A program made the translations under genes and the position numbers. A stretch of DNA of 63,849 nt, filler included, from Barthelona sp. PAP020 (Eukaryota), in the NCBI GenBank assembly GCA_040182905.1. It is 4 parts of 4 records of this genome, joined end to end, with 100 filler letters (N's around TTAATTAATTAA, not from the genome) between each part and the next. Parts side by side here need not be neighbours in the genome. Positions count along the whole stretch, not along the records: positions 1 to 17,654 come from JARQWU010000237.1; positions 17,755 to 35,441 come from JARQWU010000238.1; 2 more parts are not named here. The stretch is one strand, 5' to 3'. Each line of letters starts with the position of its first letter. Position 1 is the first letter of the stretch. This document shows positions 11,498 through 23,059 of the stretch, one piece after another. The notes beneath the pieces were generated by a model that did not search any database, was not told the DNA's origin, and saw only the letters and a list, made by a program, of their open reading frames with translations.

Positions 11498-14179
11498 TTA
11501 TTTATTTATTTTTGTTTCAACAATCACAAAGCCTTCCATGGCAGAGTTTAAACTAACTAAATCTCTGTCTACTAATTCACAAGCCTCACCATAGGACAAA
11601 ACAACTGGAGAATTTTGTGTTTGGAATCCGGTAACTGTTCTTGGCTTTCCTGACAGACCAACAACATCAACAGCTTGACCTACTCTCAACAAAGTCTCTT
11701 TAGGCTCTAGGTTCTCATCCAACATCATCGAAACTCTGGGATACATTGTTAAACATATGGGGAATAATAATTCCAAATGGTCAGGTATCAGCATATCCAT
11801 ATCCATAAGACTAAAACACGCAATAATCAATCCCATAAAAGAAACAGGCGAAATCAAATGATTCTTTTGATGGAATGGTAACAATGAAACTGAACCCTTT
11901 GACATGTGTAAAAGACCCATTGCTAATTTAACAACGAAAACAACATCTGATTGTCTTTCATAATGTTTGGATAACAATCGTAAAGCTTGAGCAATTTTTG
12001 TATTATTTGAACCAGAACCAATTAGTCCCAAACCAACAATTGCCATCTTGGCCACATTCATGTCACTTTTATAAGCCAAACGAACTAAACGATCAATAGA
12101 TGTAATGTCAGGGCATGAAATACTTAAAATAGCTAAACTCAATGGAACAATGGCTGCAGCATCCCCTAATACGTTAAATTGGGACATATGATCAAGGACT
12201 CTAAACAACATACGTTGAGCAATCTTATCTTGACATCCAATTAAGGATACCCCCAACAAAGTCATGGAAGTGGGATTTAATATTGATTTAACTTTCTTCT
12301 TTTTCTTTCCATTGGCATTTGTAGGTGATCTTTGACTTTCTTCTTCCTCATCAACAAAGGGATCTTGTTCCTCCAATACCAATGTCTTATCCAACAAATC
12401 AGCGATCATTGATACATCACCAGTTCCTGCATATGCTAGAGACCTCAACAAAGCAATTTTAAATAAACTATCTTCATATTTCTTTTTCTCTTCAAAATAG
12501 AGCTTCTTTGTCTTTGAATCAGTATGTGCAGTGGGTTTTTCCATGTCAAATTCATATTTAAAACTGTCCTCATAATCAACCACCAAATCACCGCATCCCA
12601 TAAAAATCAAACCCAATGACAAGGGAATATATCTGGTGACGGGCATGTTGTATTCCACTTCCAAACAAACCTCTAACAATGCATTAGTAACATCAGGATA
12701 TTCTTCCCCAGTGCCAACAAAAACCATACCCAAAGCCAGACATGTTACATAACAAACAGCAGAATTCATAGGATCAATAAAATCTAAAAGCAGTTCAAAG
12801 ACATCTTCTCTCTTGGTGCCAGCAAGAGAAATACCAATACCCAAAATGCAAAATGCTCTGACTAAATCATTGTCAGTGCTTGTTAATTTTTCTTGCAATA
12901 AAGCGAATACAGTATCAGTTTCTTCATTTGATCCACAACCAGAAATGGCCAAGGCTAAATGAATGCCAGCCTCAATTCTAGAATCACCTTCCAAAAATTC
13001 GGCTCCTATTTCTAAACAACCTTCCAAACTCCATAAATTAATGAATCCCAAGGTACTAGCGACGATAGCCCTTTTTCTGCGGTCAAAATTCTCAATTATT
13101 TTCAAAGGATCTCCTTCAAATTTGGAATCTGTTCCAAATCCTGCATTAAGAAAAGCATTGACTAAAATATCTGCCAGATTATTCAAATCAACGTCAGTTC
13201 GCTTCTCGTTACTTTGCCTGTTGTGTGTTTTAATGCTGTACAAGGATTTACCTAACGAACTTTCATATACATCTTTAGGACTCTTGACAGCCTCAATATC
13301 AAGTATTTTGATAATTTTTTTGAAAAAAGGACTCAACATTTCATTTCTAAGTATCTTCAAAGATATTTCATCTTCAATTAAATTACTGTCGATTACCAAG
13401 CGACTTTTTCCATGCCTATTTATAATAAAACATAACTGTCTCAATAAATTCAGGTTATATCCACTAAGAGCCAAAACGAAACTTTCTAAAATTAATTCAT
13501 CGTCATTTAAAATTAAAGCAAAAGACAAAGCAGAGTCTAACTTTTGATTTTCACGAGAAAGTTCATATAAAATTTTGTAAAGCTTTAAATTTTCTGGAAC
13601 AGGTAAAAGTTTAGCAGTATCAGCCAAATACAAAGTTAATCTTTTCAATGACTGTAAATCATTGGTACAATTGTAAGTACTGAATCTTCCAGTTAATTCC
13701 AAAGATAAGGCAATATCTGCAGCATCAATTTCAGCATTTTTGGACAAGAAGAAATCAATTAAAAACATTCCCATGTCTAAGATTTCTTCATTAGTTTGTT
13801 CCAACACATGAATTTCTTCTTCTTCTTTTCTCTTTTCAAATTCATGAGCCAATTGACCAACAATTCTTTTTAAATGCTCATCTCCCCATTCACCAAGATG
13901 CTCTTTACCAGCTAAAAATGCGAATCTGGCAATATCAAAATCTTTTGAAGCAGCTGAATCTTCAGACGCTGCCATAGCCAATACAGAAACCAAACTTGCA
14001 TATTTTTTTTGCTCTTTAGAACCATTTTCAGCTTCTAAAGAGCGTTTCTTCAATTCATTATAATGAGGATATATCAATTTTAAGAATTTTGTAATCTTAT
14101 CCGAATTGGAAATATTTGTCTTAATATCATCAAAACTACTTACTAATTCTTCAATATCAACAACTTCTTCTTCAGTCAT
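11498..14179 (-). CDS. RPN1: 26S proteasome regulatory subunit RPN1 (PSMD2)
   Basis: PC repeats, VNAFLNAGFGTD, AYAGTGDV, GSGSNNTKIAQALR, LRVGQAVDVVGLSGKPRTVTGFQT. ATG at 14179. Confidence 0.95.
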   Translation of the reverse strand: MTEEEVVDIEELVSSFDDIKTNISNSDKITKFLKLIYPHYNELKKRSLEAENGSKEQKKYASLVSVLAMAASEDSAASKDFDIARFAFLAGKEHLGEWGDEHLKRIVGQLAHEFEKRKEEEEIHVLEQTNEEILDMGMFLIDFFLSKNAEIDAADIALSLELTGRFSTYNCTNDLQSLKRLTLYLADTAKLLPVPENLKLYKILYELSRENQKLDSALSFALILNDDELILESFVLALSGYNLNLLRQLCFIINRHGKSRLVIDSNLIEDEISLKILRNEMLSPFFKKIIKILDIEAVKSPKDVYESSLGKSLYSIKTHNRQSNEKRTDVDLNNLADILVNAFLNAGFGTDSKFEGDPLKIIENFDRRKRAIVASTLGFINLWSLEGCLEIGAEFLEGDSRIEAGIHLALAISGCGSNEETDTVFALLQEKLTSTDNDLVRAFCILGIGISLAGTKREDVFELLLDFIDPMNSAVCYVTCLALGMVFVGTGEEYPDVTNALLEVCLEVEYNMPVTRYIPLSLGLIFMGCGDLVVDYEDSFKYEFDMEKPTAHTDSKTKKLYFEEKKKYEDSLFKIALLRSLAYAGTGDVSMIADLLDKTLVLEEQDPFVDEEEESQRSPTNANGKKKKKVKSILNPTSMTLLGVSLIGCQDKIAQRMLFRVLDHMSQFNVLGDAAAIVPLSLAILSISCPDITSIDRLVRLAYKSDMNVAKMAIVGLGLIGSGSNNTKIAQALRLLSKHYERQSDVVFVVKLAMGLLHMSKGSVSLLPFHQKNHLISPVSFMGLIIACFSLMDMDMLIPDHLELLFPICLTMYPRVSMMLDENLEPKETLLRVGQAVDVVGLSGKPRTVTGFQTQNSPVVLSYGEACELVDRDLVSLNSAMEGFVIVETKINK

Positions 14180-14473
14180 TGGAAAAACAAAAAGAAAAAA
14201 AAATTGAAGTATCAACAGTAACCCACAAATCAATAACAAAAAGCATTATGTTCTGGATTTTCTTTCAATAATTTTCCCAAATTTTATTTATTAACACAAT
14301 AAATGAAAAAATTTTGTCAGAATTTCAAAAATTAGAAAGAAAAGTTGTCAATCTTAAAAAAAGGTTTAATATGAGGCTTTATTTCGTTGAATTCAAATAA
14401 AAATAAAATATATAAACAAAAAAATAGGAATAGAATGCCTTTATTGGAAAAAATTGTTTCAAAACAATTCCTT

Positions 14474-16165
14474 TCATGCCAACAACAAATAACCTTCGCT
14501 TTCATCAAAATTATTATTCTTTTTACAATTGTTTTTCAAGTATCCAACCATAAACCAAATAAACAAAGCTAATAAACCAACAAATAATAAAACTATAGAA
14601 ATTTGCCACCAACTGGTAATGTCGCAATTCAAAGTTTGAGGATTTAAAACAAATGGAAAAATACATTTGTTTTGAATTTTTAAACACAAAGTGTTGCTGA
14701 AATCCGCAGCTTGATACATTGGACATTCTAAACAAGTTGACATGGAGGTAAATGGTGCAACAGAACGTTTATCACATGATTGACAACGATAGTTTGTTTT
14801 TATTGAAGAATAATGTCCATTTGAACAAGCTTCACAACTGCCAGTATTCAAATTGGCTTCAAAACCCATAGGACAAACAACACAGCCCATTTTTGTTGCA
14901 ATAGCATTATCTGCACACTTCACACAACCAGTTTTGTCTTCGTTTGCGTATGTACCTGTTGGACAAGCTACACATTTTGTTGAACATTTTGAGCTAGCAA
15001 AAGTGTTACCAATACACCTTGTGCAATTGGTTGTTGGAGTTGAAAAATAACCTTTGGGACAACATTGACATTCAGATTGATCCATAAATGAACCATAACC
15101 TTCAATACAAGCTTTGCAGCCAATTGTTGTTGAAATACTGTTTGGTAAACATCTTTGACAAGACAATCCTGTAAAAGAGAACATTCCTTGTCTACAATGA
15201 ACACACTGTGAATTTTTCGATAAATAATGATTATTTTCACAACTTTTGATCGAAAAAATCTCCAAACTAGTGGCTTCTTTGGTAATAAGTACTATTTTAC
15301 CATGTTTTGAGCTGTAAAAAATATTTGAAAAATCTAACGACTCATTCATATAAGAAGTAAATTTTGCAAAGGTTTTTGGATATTGTAAAGCTTCATAGAA
15401 TTGAATACCCGACTGTTCATTCGATATCAATAAAGAATTATGAAAATACAAACTGTTGATAGAATAGTTATCAAATCCAAAAGCTGGTTTGTTCACAATA
15501 GAAATAGCAGTTGATTGATTATTAATGGCTATGTTAGCAAAATCAAAAATAAATACTTTAGAATTTTCCTCAAAATCTTCATTTTTTATTGTTTCACATT
15601 GAAAAATTGCGTTCTTATTTTTAGTGTTGTAATCATAAACAAAGTCACAATAATACCATTGTTCGTCTCTTTTCAAATATATGTAGAGAGTATCAGAATG
15701 ATTAGAAAAATCATGATAAGAAGTAATGATTCTTGAATATTCATCAAAATAATACACGTATCCATCATCTTTATTTAAAACTAAATATCCTTTCCCAAAG
15801 CTTATTAATTTACTAATATTCATAGCCTTTTCATAAATCTTACTGCAATAATCTCCATAAAAACATAACTTGTTGAAGGTGTAAATAAAATTACTGTTGT
15901 CAGTCATAGCACTCAATATTATTTCATCTTTATTAAATAATCCCAGATTACATATATTTTGTGCTCCTTTGTCAGCTACCACAATTCGTGAATATAAATA
16001 TTTTTTACTTTCATCATCATAATGTGAGATTAAAAAATTTTCATCAGAAGAAGAAGAATATATTTGAATTTTCTCATATTTGTAAGAATTTTGATGTTGC
16101 ACTATATTTTCACAAAATATTATCGTGAAAAACAATGTTACAATCAATATTAATCTGTAAATCAT
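14474..16165 (-). CDS. Cysteine-rich type I membrane protein (CxxC / GCC2-GCC3-like repeats)
   Basis: Signal peptide, repeated CxxCxxGxY/F units, C-terminal TM and short tail. Confidence 0.8.
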   Translation of the reverse strand: MIYRLILIVTLFFTIIFCENIVQHQNSYKYEKIQIYSSSSDENFLISHYDDESKKYLYSRIVVADKGAQNICNLGLFNKDEIILSAMTDNSNFIYTFNKLCFYGDYCSKIYEKAMNISKLISFGKGYLVLNKDDGYVYYFDEYSRIITSYHDFSNHSDTLYIYLKRDEQWYYCDFVYDYNTKNKNAIFQCETIKNEDFEENSKVFIFDFANIAINNQSTAISIVNKPAFGFDNYSINSLYFHNSLLISNEQSGIQFYEALQYPKTFAKFTSYMNESLDFSNIFYSSKHGKIVLITKEATSLEIFSIKSCENNHYLSKNSQCVHCRQGMFSFTGLSCQRCLPNSISTTIGCKACIEGYGSFMDQSECQCCPKGYFSTPTTNCTRCIGNTFASSKCSTKCVACPTGTYANEDKTGCVKCADNAIATKMGCVVCPMGFEANLNTGSCEACSNGHYSSIKTNYRCQSCDKRSVAPFTSMSTCLECPMYQAADFSNTLCLKIQNKCIFPFVLNPQTLNCDITSWWQISIVLLFVGLLALFIWFMVGYLKNNCKKNNNFDESEGYLLLA

Positions 16166-16261
16166 TGCATGTTTTCTTTTAAATAAAAAAGTTCAATTTG
16201 GTAAAACATTTCATTCATTTTCCTTTCCCATCTGTTTTGAAAAAAATGCTCAATTATTTCA

Positions 16262-17419
16262 ATGAACATTAAATATAATGCTAAACAACAATTTCTTTAC
16301 AAATCACGGATGGTTGAATCAAAAAGATTTTTTGATGAAAAAATCGATGAAAGACATCTGTCAATTTCAGGAATTTCATTAACTTCAAAGAATCGATTTT
16401 TTATTGATAGACCCACTTCTGCACCTTTATTTAATCAAAGTGACAGAAAAAAAAATAATTTCCAATATTCAACTCGAAATAAGATAAAGGAAAATTATGG
16501 TAGCCCTTTAAGATTTCACAATAACAGTAAAATAAAAAGAAGCAATCAATGTAATGTGTTGACAAATGAAGCTAAAAGATATACATTGTCTCCAAAAACA
16601 AGTTCCCTTAAATTTTTGCATGAAAATGGCATTGAATCGAAATTTACGCAGATAGATAAGACATATGATGATTTTAAAAAAGAGACGGCTGAAGAGACGA
16701 TTTTATCTGGAACTAACACTGGCTCTCCAACCAAAACAATATCCATTAAAATTCCTTCTGTTATAAGGACACTTGAAACGAAAGATTTTCAGTTATCATC
16801 GTCATGTATTGAAGTTGATCCATTGGATGATGATGATATATTTGGCAATTCAGAATTTGAATCAGAGAGAATTGTTGCGAAAACTACATGCAAAATCAAA
16901 ATTTTTGAATTGATAAAAAATGATAGTTTGACAACAATTGGTCTTCCTCTTCTCTCCAATGAAATTGCATGTAACAATGAGTTGTTCAAAGATAGAGAAG
17001 ATTTGAATAATCTTGATTTAGCTAATAGCAGCTCTTATGAAAGCAAAAGGAAATTTTTAAATAATTTAAAGATAATTTTCTCACCTGAAATTTTGGAAGA
17101 AAAAGAAAGAGTCATGGCATTATCATGCGTTGAGGATATGATATTGTCTGGAGAAATTACCTCAGTATCTATGACTGGTGACAAATTTAGAAAGTTAATT
17201 GCATTATCTTTGGTTTCTGCTGTGTTTAGTGAAATGGCTGAAAATGAAGATTTTAGTAAATTCAAAGGGTATCAGGTGTCAAATCTGTTTATTCATGCAT
17301 TGCTTCACCTTGAGCACATTTTTCGTCTGCAAGAAAAGAATTATGCTGTGTATTTGGAAATACATCGCTTCATAAATAAAACCATGGCAAGTAGACAAAA
17401 AACACATAAAAATATTTAA
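16262..17419 (+). CDS. Hypothetical protein (385 aa)
   Basis: Long ATG-initiated ORF; disordered N-half and helical C-half. Confidence 0.75.
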   Translation: MNIKYNAKQQFLYKSRMVESKRFFDEKIDERHLSISGISLTSKNRFFIDRPTSAPLFNQSDRKKNNFQYSTRNKIKENYGSPLRFHNNSKIKRSNQCNVLTNEAKRYTLSPKTSSLKFLHENGIESKFTQIDKTYDDFKKETAEETILSGTNTGSPTKTISIKIPSVIRTLETKDFQLSSSCIEVDPLDDDDIFGNSEFESERIVAKTTCKIKIFELIKNDSLTTIGLPLLSNEIACNNELFKDREDLNNLDLANSSSYESKRKFLNNLKIIFSPEILEEKERVMALSCVEDMILSGEITSVSMTGDKFRKLIALSLVSAVFSEMAENEDFSKFKGYQVSNLFIHALLHLEHIFRLQEKNYAVYLEIHRFINKTMASRQKTHKNI

Positions 17420-17443
17420 CACATAACAAAAAAAGGTGTAAAT

Positions 17444-17653
17444 TTACTTGGGATTGAGTAAATAGGAGAATTGAGCGCCAGCTGTTGTCAATAAGCAATC
17501 ATTTTCAACAGTTTTCATGTTTAATAAAGGAATTTTAATTGTTTTGTTCTGATCGTTTGAATATTGAACAGGATTAGGATTAATATCGAAAATTAGATCA
17601 TGTTTGAGAATCTTAAAATCATCTTTTTCAAGTAATATGTCTGGTTTATCTAT
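17444..17653 (-). CDS. 3' end of a gene truncated by the contig junction
   Basis: Open frame IDKPDILLEKDDFK...AQFSYLLNPK* running from the gap edge to TAA. Confidence 0.55.
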   Translation of the reverse strand: MDKPDILLEKDDFKILKHDLIFDINPNPVQYSNDQNKTIKIPLLNMKTVENDCLLTTAGAQFSYLLNPK

Positions 17654-17654
17654 T

Positions 17655-17754
17655 NNNNNNNNNNNNNNNNNNNNNNNNNNNNNNNNNNNNNNNNNNNNTT
17701 AATTAATTAANNNNNNNNNNNNNNNNNNNNNNNNNNNNNNNNNNNNNNNNNNNN
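17655..17754. other. Artificial contig linker
   Basis: 44 N + TTAATTAATTAA (six-frame stops) + 44 N. Confidence 0.98.
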
Positions 17755-18038
17755 TTGGAGATATAAAGAGGTCATCAAATATCTCTTCCATTATTTGTTG
17801 TTTCTTGACCACCTTTAGGTCCAATTTTTTAAGTTACTTGGGCATCTGAATCCACATGAGTTTTTCCCAAACCTTAAGCTAACTCGTTTCTTTGTTCACT
17901 GAACAACTCATACCTCATAAATATCTAATAAAACAAAAAATACTAAAAATTGGTCAACTGAAAATAGTTTATGTATGAATAATATAAAAATCTATTCAAA
18001 AAAAATTAATTTTTGATTTATTCCACACCTGCTTTTAT

Positions 18039-20798
18039 TTAACGAAATTTAGGAGTTGTTGACTTTAGTAACCTTGGAGAAGAACCCCATTTACTGATTA
18101 GTTCTGAAGATCTTGGAGTGTTTAACACAGGGGACATCTTCGATTTTGATTTTCCTTTTGCATCTGGGGTTGACAACATATGAGTTACTGGAATTTCGGA
18201 GTGTGCAGGCAAATCATTAAGGGATTGATCTCTGAGAACATGCTGTTGAAGAACAAGAAGATGTGGATATTTCTTCAAAATGTCAGCATTGTCAAACATG
18301 TTGACCAAGTTATTCAAACTTTTGACAAAATGGTTTTGAATATCATTGAAAAATTGAGGTTTAGCTTCCAAAATCAAAGCAAATGACTCATAAGTATCAA
18401 AAATAAATTCAGCTTGTTTCGCCAACACTTTTTTAGCAATAGAAATCTCTTCCATCTGATTTTGAGTTTCATCATCATCTAAGTCTTCATTTAGGCCATT
18501 TTCTTCATTTGTATTCAAATCAACACTCATGTGTTCTTTAAAATTTAAAAACGATATTGTCATGAAACAAAGCTTCAACAATTCTCTAATAGCTCTTATT
18601 TTACTATAATAATCAACAACTTCCATTACAAGATTACTGTGGTCGACAAACTCTTCATTTAAGAATGGTTTGATAACGTTTTTCAACAAATTAACAAATA
18701 ACAACAAAATTTTCTCAAAATTTAAACATTTTGTGAAAAATTGCAAAATTTTTGTCTTTTGACCATCGTTCAAATGAACGTTATCTAAATTATTATCAAG
18801 ATTTGGAGCATCAAACATGCTGATATAGAACAATACTTTATGAAAATTATTAACCAAAGTTTGTAAAAAATTTTGATTATTCATTAAGATACGTTCACAA
18901 AGCGAAGATACAAATAAATTAGGGTAAGCAACATAAAGTAGAAAGACGGTAAGAATGGTCAAATCTGTGTTTTTAATTTTCAAATATTTGGTAAGAATCA
19001 ATTGCGAAAGGAAACTAACAATATTACTAATTTGTTTGTTTTTGTCTAGCTCATTGAAATTAGCTACTAGAAACTCCAAAAATTGAGGAATGGCATTTTG
19101 AATAAAATTTGAATGCGTTTGTCCAATTTCATTCAAAACAATGGTGATGTTTAAAGAGCGACTATCTTTTAACTTGTCTAAAAAGGGCAAAAAATAGGTG
19201 GCACATACATCATCAAATTTCATCAACAAACCCAATGAAATAATAGCCATTTCATTTTTGTTAAAAAAAGCTTCAGTTGCTGTTCTTTTTACAATGATAG
19301 AATCATGTTTGAGCTTTTTATTTCTTAGCGATGCCATTGTACAACAATAAATCATGTCGCCAATAAGTACAGGTGCTTTAACATCCTTTACAACACAAAA
19401 TCGATCTGTAATTGTTTTATTAAATTTTTGAAAATTTTCAAAATCAATCTTTTCCTGTAAGTACAATATTTTTGGCAGTAACCTCAAGACATTGATAAAA
19501 GCATCATTTTCTCCCAAAGATTCCTTGTCAATCTGTCTGTTTGGTTTCAAAAACATGTTTTGAACACTCAAAAATAAGTCATGAAGCTCAAATCCTACAT
19601 CATCAAAATCAGAGGGCTTAAAATCCTCTTCATCCAAAGGAAGCACAAACAACAAGTCATACAACAAGACAAGGGTTTCTTCTTTTTCTTCCTCTTCTTT
19701 AAAAGCGGTGAGAAGTTCACTAATTTTTTTCAATAACAAACCACAATCCAAATGTTGTGGTCTAATTTTAGCAAATACCTTATATAAACTACTGCCAGAA
19801 CGCGATTTACAATTCATGGTTGTGAAAAACCACTCTTCAAAATCTTTGATACATTCATACCAGTTTAGACTTGTATCTTCGATTTTTGTAAAAGAAGTCG
19901 CAGCTATCATGATGAAATCGGCATTGAAATGAGTTGCTAAATGGGAATCAAAAGTTAATAACTCATCAAAGATCGATAAGCATATCTTGTTGGTGGATTT
20001 TTCCATTTCCAAGAAGATTTCAAAAGTATTTTTCAGCAGATATTCACCAACCCACTGAAACTCCCTGTTCTCAAATGTTTTTCCATACAAAAGAAATAAA
20101 CTACGAAGAGCAACAGTTTTAACAATTACTGATACATCAGTACACCTTTCACCTGCAAAAAAACATACTTTGATGGGTGGAATAGTCTCAATAGCAACAA
20201 GCTGTTCATACAACATTAAAGCTCCACGTCGAACATGAGCACTCACATCAATCATTAAGTTACATAATAAGACCCAAAAACTATCATTCAATAAACCAGT
20301 ATATCCTTCAATTACAAAGTTTTCAAAGGAATCAATTGCTTCTTTTCGAACCTTGGAAGAACTATCTTTCATTCTTTCAAACAATAAATCTCGCAAAGGC
20401 AATAATGTGAACATGTTTGCTTCAACAGTATTTGCATCATCATCTTCTTCTTCATCTTCAATCATTCTCGGAAACATTTGATTGATCGTTATACATACTT
20501 TTCTTACTAATCTACACGCTAACTGCCGATGATTAATCTTTGTTGATTTCGATAATTGAATAATATAATCAAATAAATTTGCTTTTTCTTCTATGGGCAA
20601 CGATAGACCTAAACTAATGATACAATCACCAGTTTGATCTCGATTTTTGGGAGTTACATAATAACCTAAAGTATATATCAATTTCCAAATAACAATTACA
20701 TATTCATCATCCTGAGACAATTCATTCTTCCAATCGAAATTAGTCAATAATGTTTCAATTAATTTAACATTATTTTCGCCAATTGCCTCAGAAAGCAT
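18039..20798 (-). CDS. Condensin HEAT-repeat subunit (Cnd1 family, CAP-D3-like)
   Basis: HEAT motifs RMKDSSSKVRKEAI, LMIDVSAHVRRGAL, RCTDVSVIVK; C-terminal segments (LILTKYLKIK, FHKVLFYI, KILQFF) resemble CAP-D3. ATG at 20798. Confidence 0.7.
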   Translation of the reverse strand: MLSEAIGENNVKLIETLLTNFDWKNELSQDDEYVIVIWKLIYTLGYYVTPKNRDQTGDCIISLGLSLPIEEKANLFDYIIQLSKSTKINHRQLACRLVRKVCITINQMFPRMIEDEEEDDDANTVEANMFTLLPLRDLLFERMKDSSSKVRKEAIDSFENFVIEGYTGLLNDSFWVLLCNLMIDVSAHVRRGALMLYEQLVAIETIPPIKVCFFAGERCTDVSVIVKTVALRSLFLLYGKTFENREFQWVGEYLLKNTFEIFLEMEKSTNKICLSIFDELLTFDSHLATHFNADFIMIAATSFTKIEDTSLNWYECIKDFEEWFFTTMNCKSRSGSSLYKVFAKIRPQHLDCGLLLKKISELLTAFKEEEEKEETLVLLYDLLFVLPLDEEDFKPSDFDDVGFELHDLFLSVQNMFLKPNRQIDKESLGENDAFINVLRLLPKILYLQEKIDFENFQKFNKTITDRFCVVKDVKAPVLIGDMIYCCTMASLRNKKLKHDSIIVKRTATEAFFNKNEMAIISLGLLMKFDDVCATYFLPFLDKLKDSRSLNITIVLNEIGQTHSNFIQNAIPQFLEFLVANFNELDKNKQISNIVSFLSQLILTKYLKIKNTDLTILTVFLLYVAYPNLFVSSLCERILMNNQNFLQTLVNNFHKVLFYISMFDAPNLDNNLDNVHLNDGQKTKILQFFTKCLNFEKILLLFVNLLKNVIKPFLNEEFVDHSNLVMEVVDYYSKIRAIRELLKLCFMTISFLNFKEHMSVDLNTNEENGLNEDLDDDETQNQMEEISIAKKVLAKQAEFIFDTYESFALILEAKPQFFNDIQNHFVKSLNNLVNMFDNADILKKYPHLLVLQQHVLRDQSLNDLPAHSEIPVTHMLSTPDAKGKSKSKMSPVLNTPRSSELISKWGSSPRLLKSTTPKFR

Positions 20799-21435
20799 TG
20801 TTGAAAAAAAAAACAATTGTCTTTTATATCATTAAAATAGGTTTATTTTCTTTAATAATCGTTTAATAATTTTATTTTAGAGCTGTTGCCATTATAAATT
20901 GTTGATTATAAGTGGAAAATAAATAAGAATTGGGAAATTACCACTTTTTTCAATTTGTCAAATCTAAAAACTTTATATTTTGATATTATTAGGAAAAATT
21001 CTTTGTGATTTGTATTCAATCATGCAATTCTATTCAATCTTTTAATTTTGGCAAATGTTGAAATGGAATTCATAATATTTTCGTTTCACGTTATTCTTAA
21101 TATATATTTAAACAATAATGTAAACATTATGAGAAAACACCAATGTTTGCTGATATTTTTAATATCTTTTTATCATTATTCTTCTGATGTAAGGGACAAA
21201 TAGTCAAATAAATTCAGTTGAATAACCTTTAAATTTTTATTTCGATCAATAGCCCTCATTTCATGAGATGCCATGAAACTAAAAATATTTAATTTCTTTT
21301 TTGTCATAAATGTTGGTATAGATTATATTTTTAATAATTTATGTGGAACTATATATCAAATTAGTGGGAAAATCATTTGTAAAAACCAAAGTCAAAACGA
21401 AATCACAAGAAACATTAAATTGTTGTTATTTTTTT

Positions 21436-23031
21436 ATGGTTAATGAAAAAGATGAAAAATCAAGACAATCTTTGCCTAACAAGCAAAGATTTTCGCATGA
21501 AGAGCATGAAAATGTTGGAATTTTTTTGGAAATAATAAGACAAAAGTACGAAGAAAGAATAATAAATCATCTTATTTATAATACAAAAGAAGTCTCACGA
21601 AATGATCCAACATATTTGGAATTGATGAATGAAATCAAACAATTTTTCCCAAAAAGAGAAGTTAGAAGTATAGTACGATATATCAGAACAAAATATAACC
21701 CAGAAATTCGTAAAGGGCAATTATGTGATAAAGAAATTGAACAATTGTTTTATCTTAGGGAAGTTGAAGAATTGAAGTGGATTGATGTCTCTTTAAGAAT
21801 GAATAGACCATTAAGAAACATTCGCGAAATATATTTGAATTTTTTGACTAAAGCTAAAAAAACCCTTTTTAAACAGTATGTGTCACGAGAATATTCCTTG
21901 ACTGAAGATGCGTTAATCTATGCAATCATGGAATATTTTCAGTACATAAATAGTTTTGAGTTTCCTAATAAGTTATTTCATTCCCTCTTTCCGTTCAGAA
22001 GTTTTGAAGACGTTAAAATTCACTGGGGAAAGATATCACCGCATAGTCTGAAAAACAAGTTTGTGTGGTCTCGAGAGAAAGACGTTGAACTGTTAAATAT
22101 GGTGAGTGAATTGCCTGTTACTTCCTTAAACCATATAAACGTTCGTTTGTTTCCAGAAAAATTTAAAGGTTCATTATATGTGAAACGTTGGCAGAGTTTA
22201 AGGAGCAGAATTCCTACTAGAATACGTAATAACTATGTTCAGAGTATAGAATTTCTTTTGGAGCATATTGACAGAATTTCAGCCCCAAAATCACTTAATT
22301 ATTTTGAAAAGGCCAACGAAGATGATGTCTTTGAGTCTGTTGAGTTTAAGAAAGCGAGACATCTGTTCCTTAGTTTTTTGAAAAATAATAGTCATGTTAT
22401 TAACAGGTTGTTGAATGCTAAAAAGGGTTCAGACGATTATTTTGACTGTATAACTGAATATTCTGAACAATTGTATGGTCATCCTTTGATTGGAGAACTA
22501 TTGAATACCTGGAAGTTTCCCTTTAGACTACCTGGCTTTGTCCCTCAGTTTCACCAGACAATTGATGGGAATTTTCATACAAGGCTTATCGATGATCTGC
22601 ATATCGTACATGAGCCTCTTATTAAAATGTATCCTGATTTAGAGGACTCAGAATCATGGGACAGGCTTGTCCAAGTGTCAAAAGGAGAAATTACACATTC
22701 CACAGATGATCTTTTAAATTCAGATCGTGTGGAAGGGGTTAATGCCGATATTGCCTTAAGCGGAACAATAAATGAGGAAGATACAGAAGATGAAGAAGAA
22801 CTGGATGAAGCTATGTCAGATAAACAAGGATTATTATCCCATATGGTTGAAATTCCTTCTGCAGAAGGCAATGATAAAGAGAAAAAAAGAAAGAAAGAAA
22901 AAAAACTCTCAAAAAATATGGATGATAAGAAAGAAAAAAAAGAGAAGAGAGATAAGAAAAAGAAGAGAGATAAAAAGGATAAAAAAGAAAAGAAAGAGAA
23001 GAGAAGTAAGAAAAATAAAAAAGATAAATGA
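21436..23031 (+). CDS. Myb-repeat DNA-binding protein (Reb1/TTF1/DMTF1-like) with Lys-rich tail
   Basis: FSHEEHE, RKGQLCDKE..L, KWIDVSLRMNR, WSREKDVELL, KRWQSL Myb-like repeats; KKEK-rich C-terminus. Confidence 0.7.
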   Translation: MVNEKDEKSRQSLPNKQRFSHEEHENVGIFLEIIRQKYEERIINHLIYNTKEVSRNDPTYLELMNEIKQFFPKREVRSIVRYIRTKYNPEIRKGQLCDKEIEQLFYLREVEELKWIDVSLRMNRPLRNIREIYLNFLTKAKKTLFKQYVSREYSLTEDALIYAIMEYFQYINSFEFPNKLFHSLFPFRSFEDVKIHWGKISPHSLKNKFVWSREKDVELLNMVSELPVTSLNHINVRLFPEKFKGSLYVKRWQSLRSRIPTRIRNNYVQSIEFLLEHIDRISAPKSLNYFEKANEDDVFESVEFKKARHLFLSFLKNNSHVINRLLNAKKGSDDYFDCITEYSEQLYGHPLIGELLNTWKFPFRLPGFVPQFHQTIDGNFHTRLIDDLHIVHEPLIKMYPDLEDSESWDRLVQVSKGEITHSTDDLLNSDRVEGVNADIALSGTINEEDTEDEEELDEAMSDKQGLLSHMVEIPSAEGNDKEKKRKKEKKLSKNMDDKKEKKEKRDKKKKRDKKDKKEKKEKRSKKNKKDK

Positions 23032-23059
23032 ATATATACCAATTTGTTTTTAATTTATT

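Noticed and set aside
12963..13547. 194-aa antisense ORF inside RPN1, and many similar short antisense or alternate-frame ORFs
   Set aside because: Shadows of real genes; no independent motifs.
17699..17710. Palindromic TTAATTAATTAA, also at 35486 and 53183
   Set aside because: Centred in identical 100-nt N blocks; an artificial six-frame-stop contig spacer.
22575..23053. F/S/L-rich antisense ORF and K/R-rich alternate-frame ORF
   Set aside because: By-products of the low-complexity Lys-rich tail of the Myb gene.
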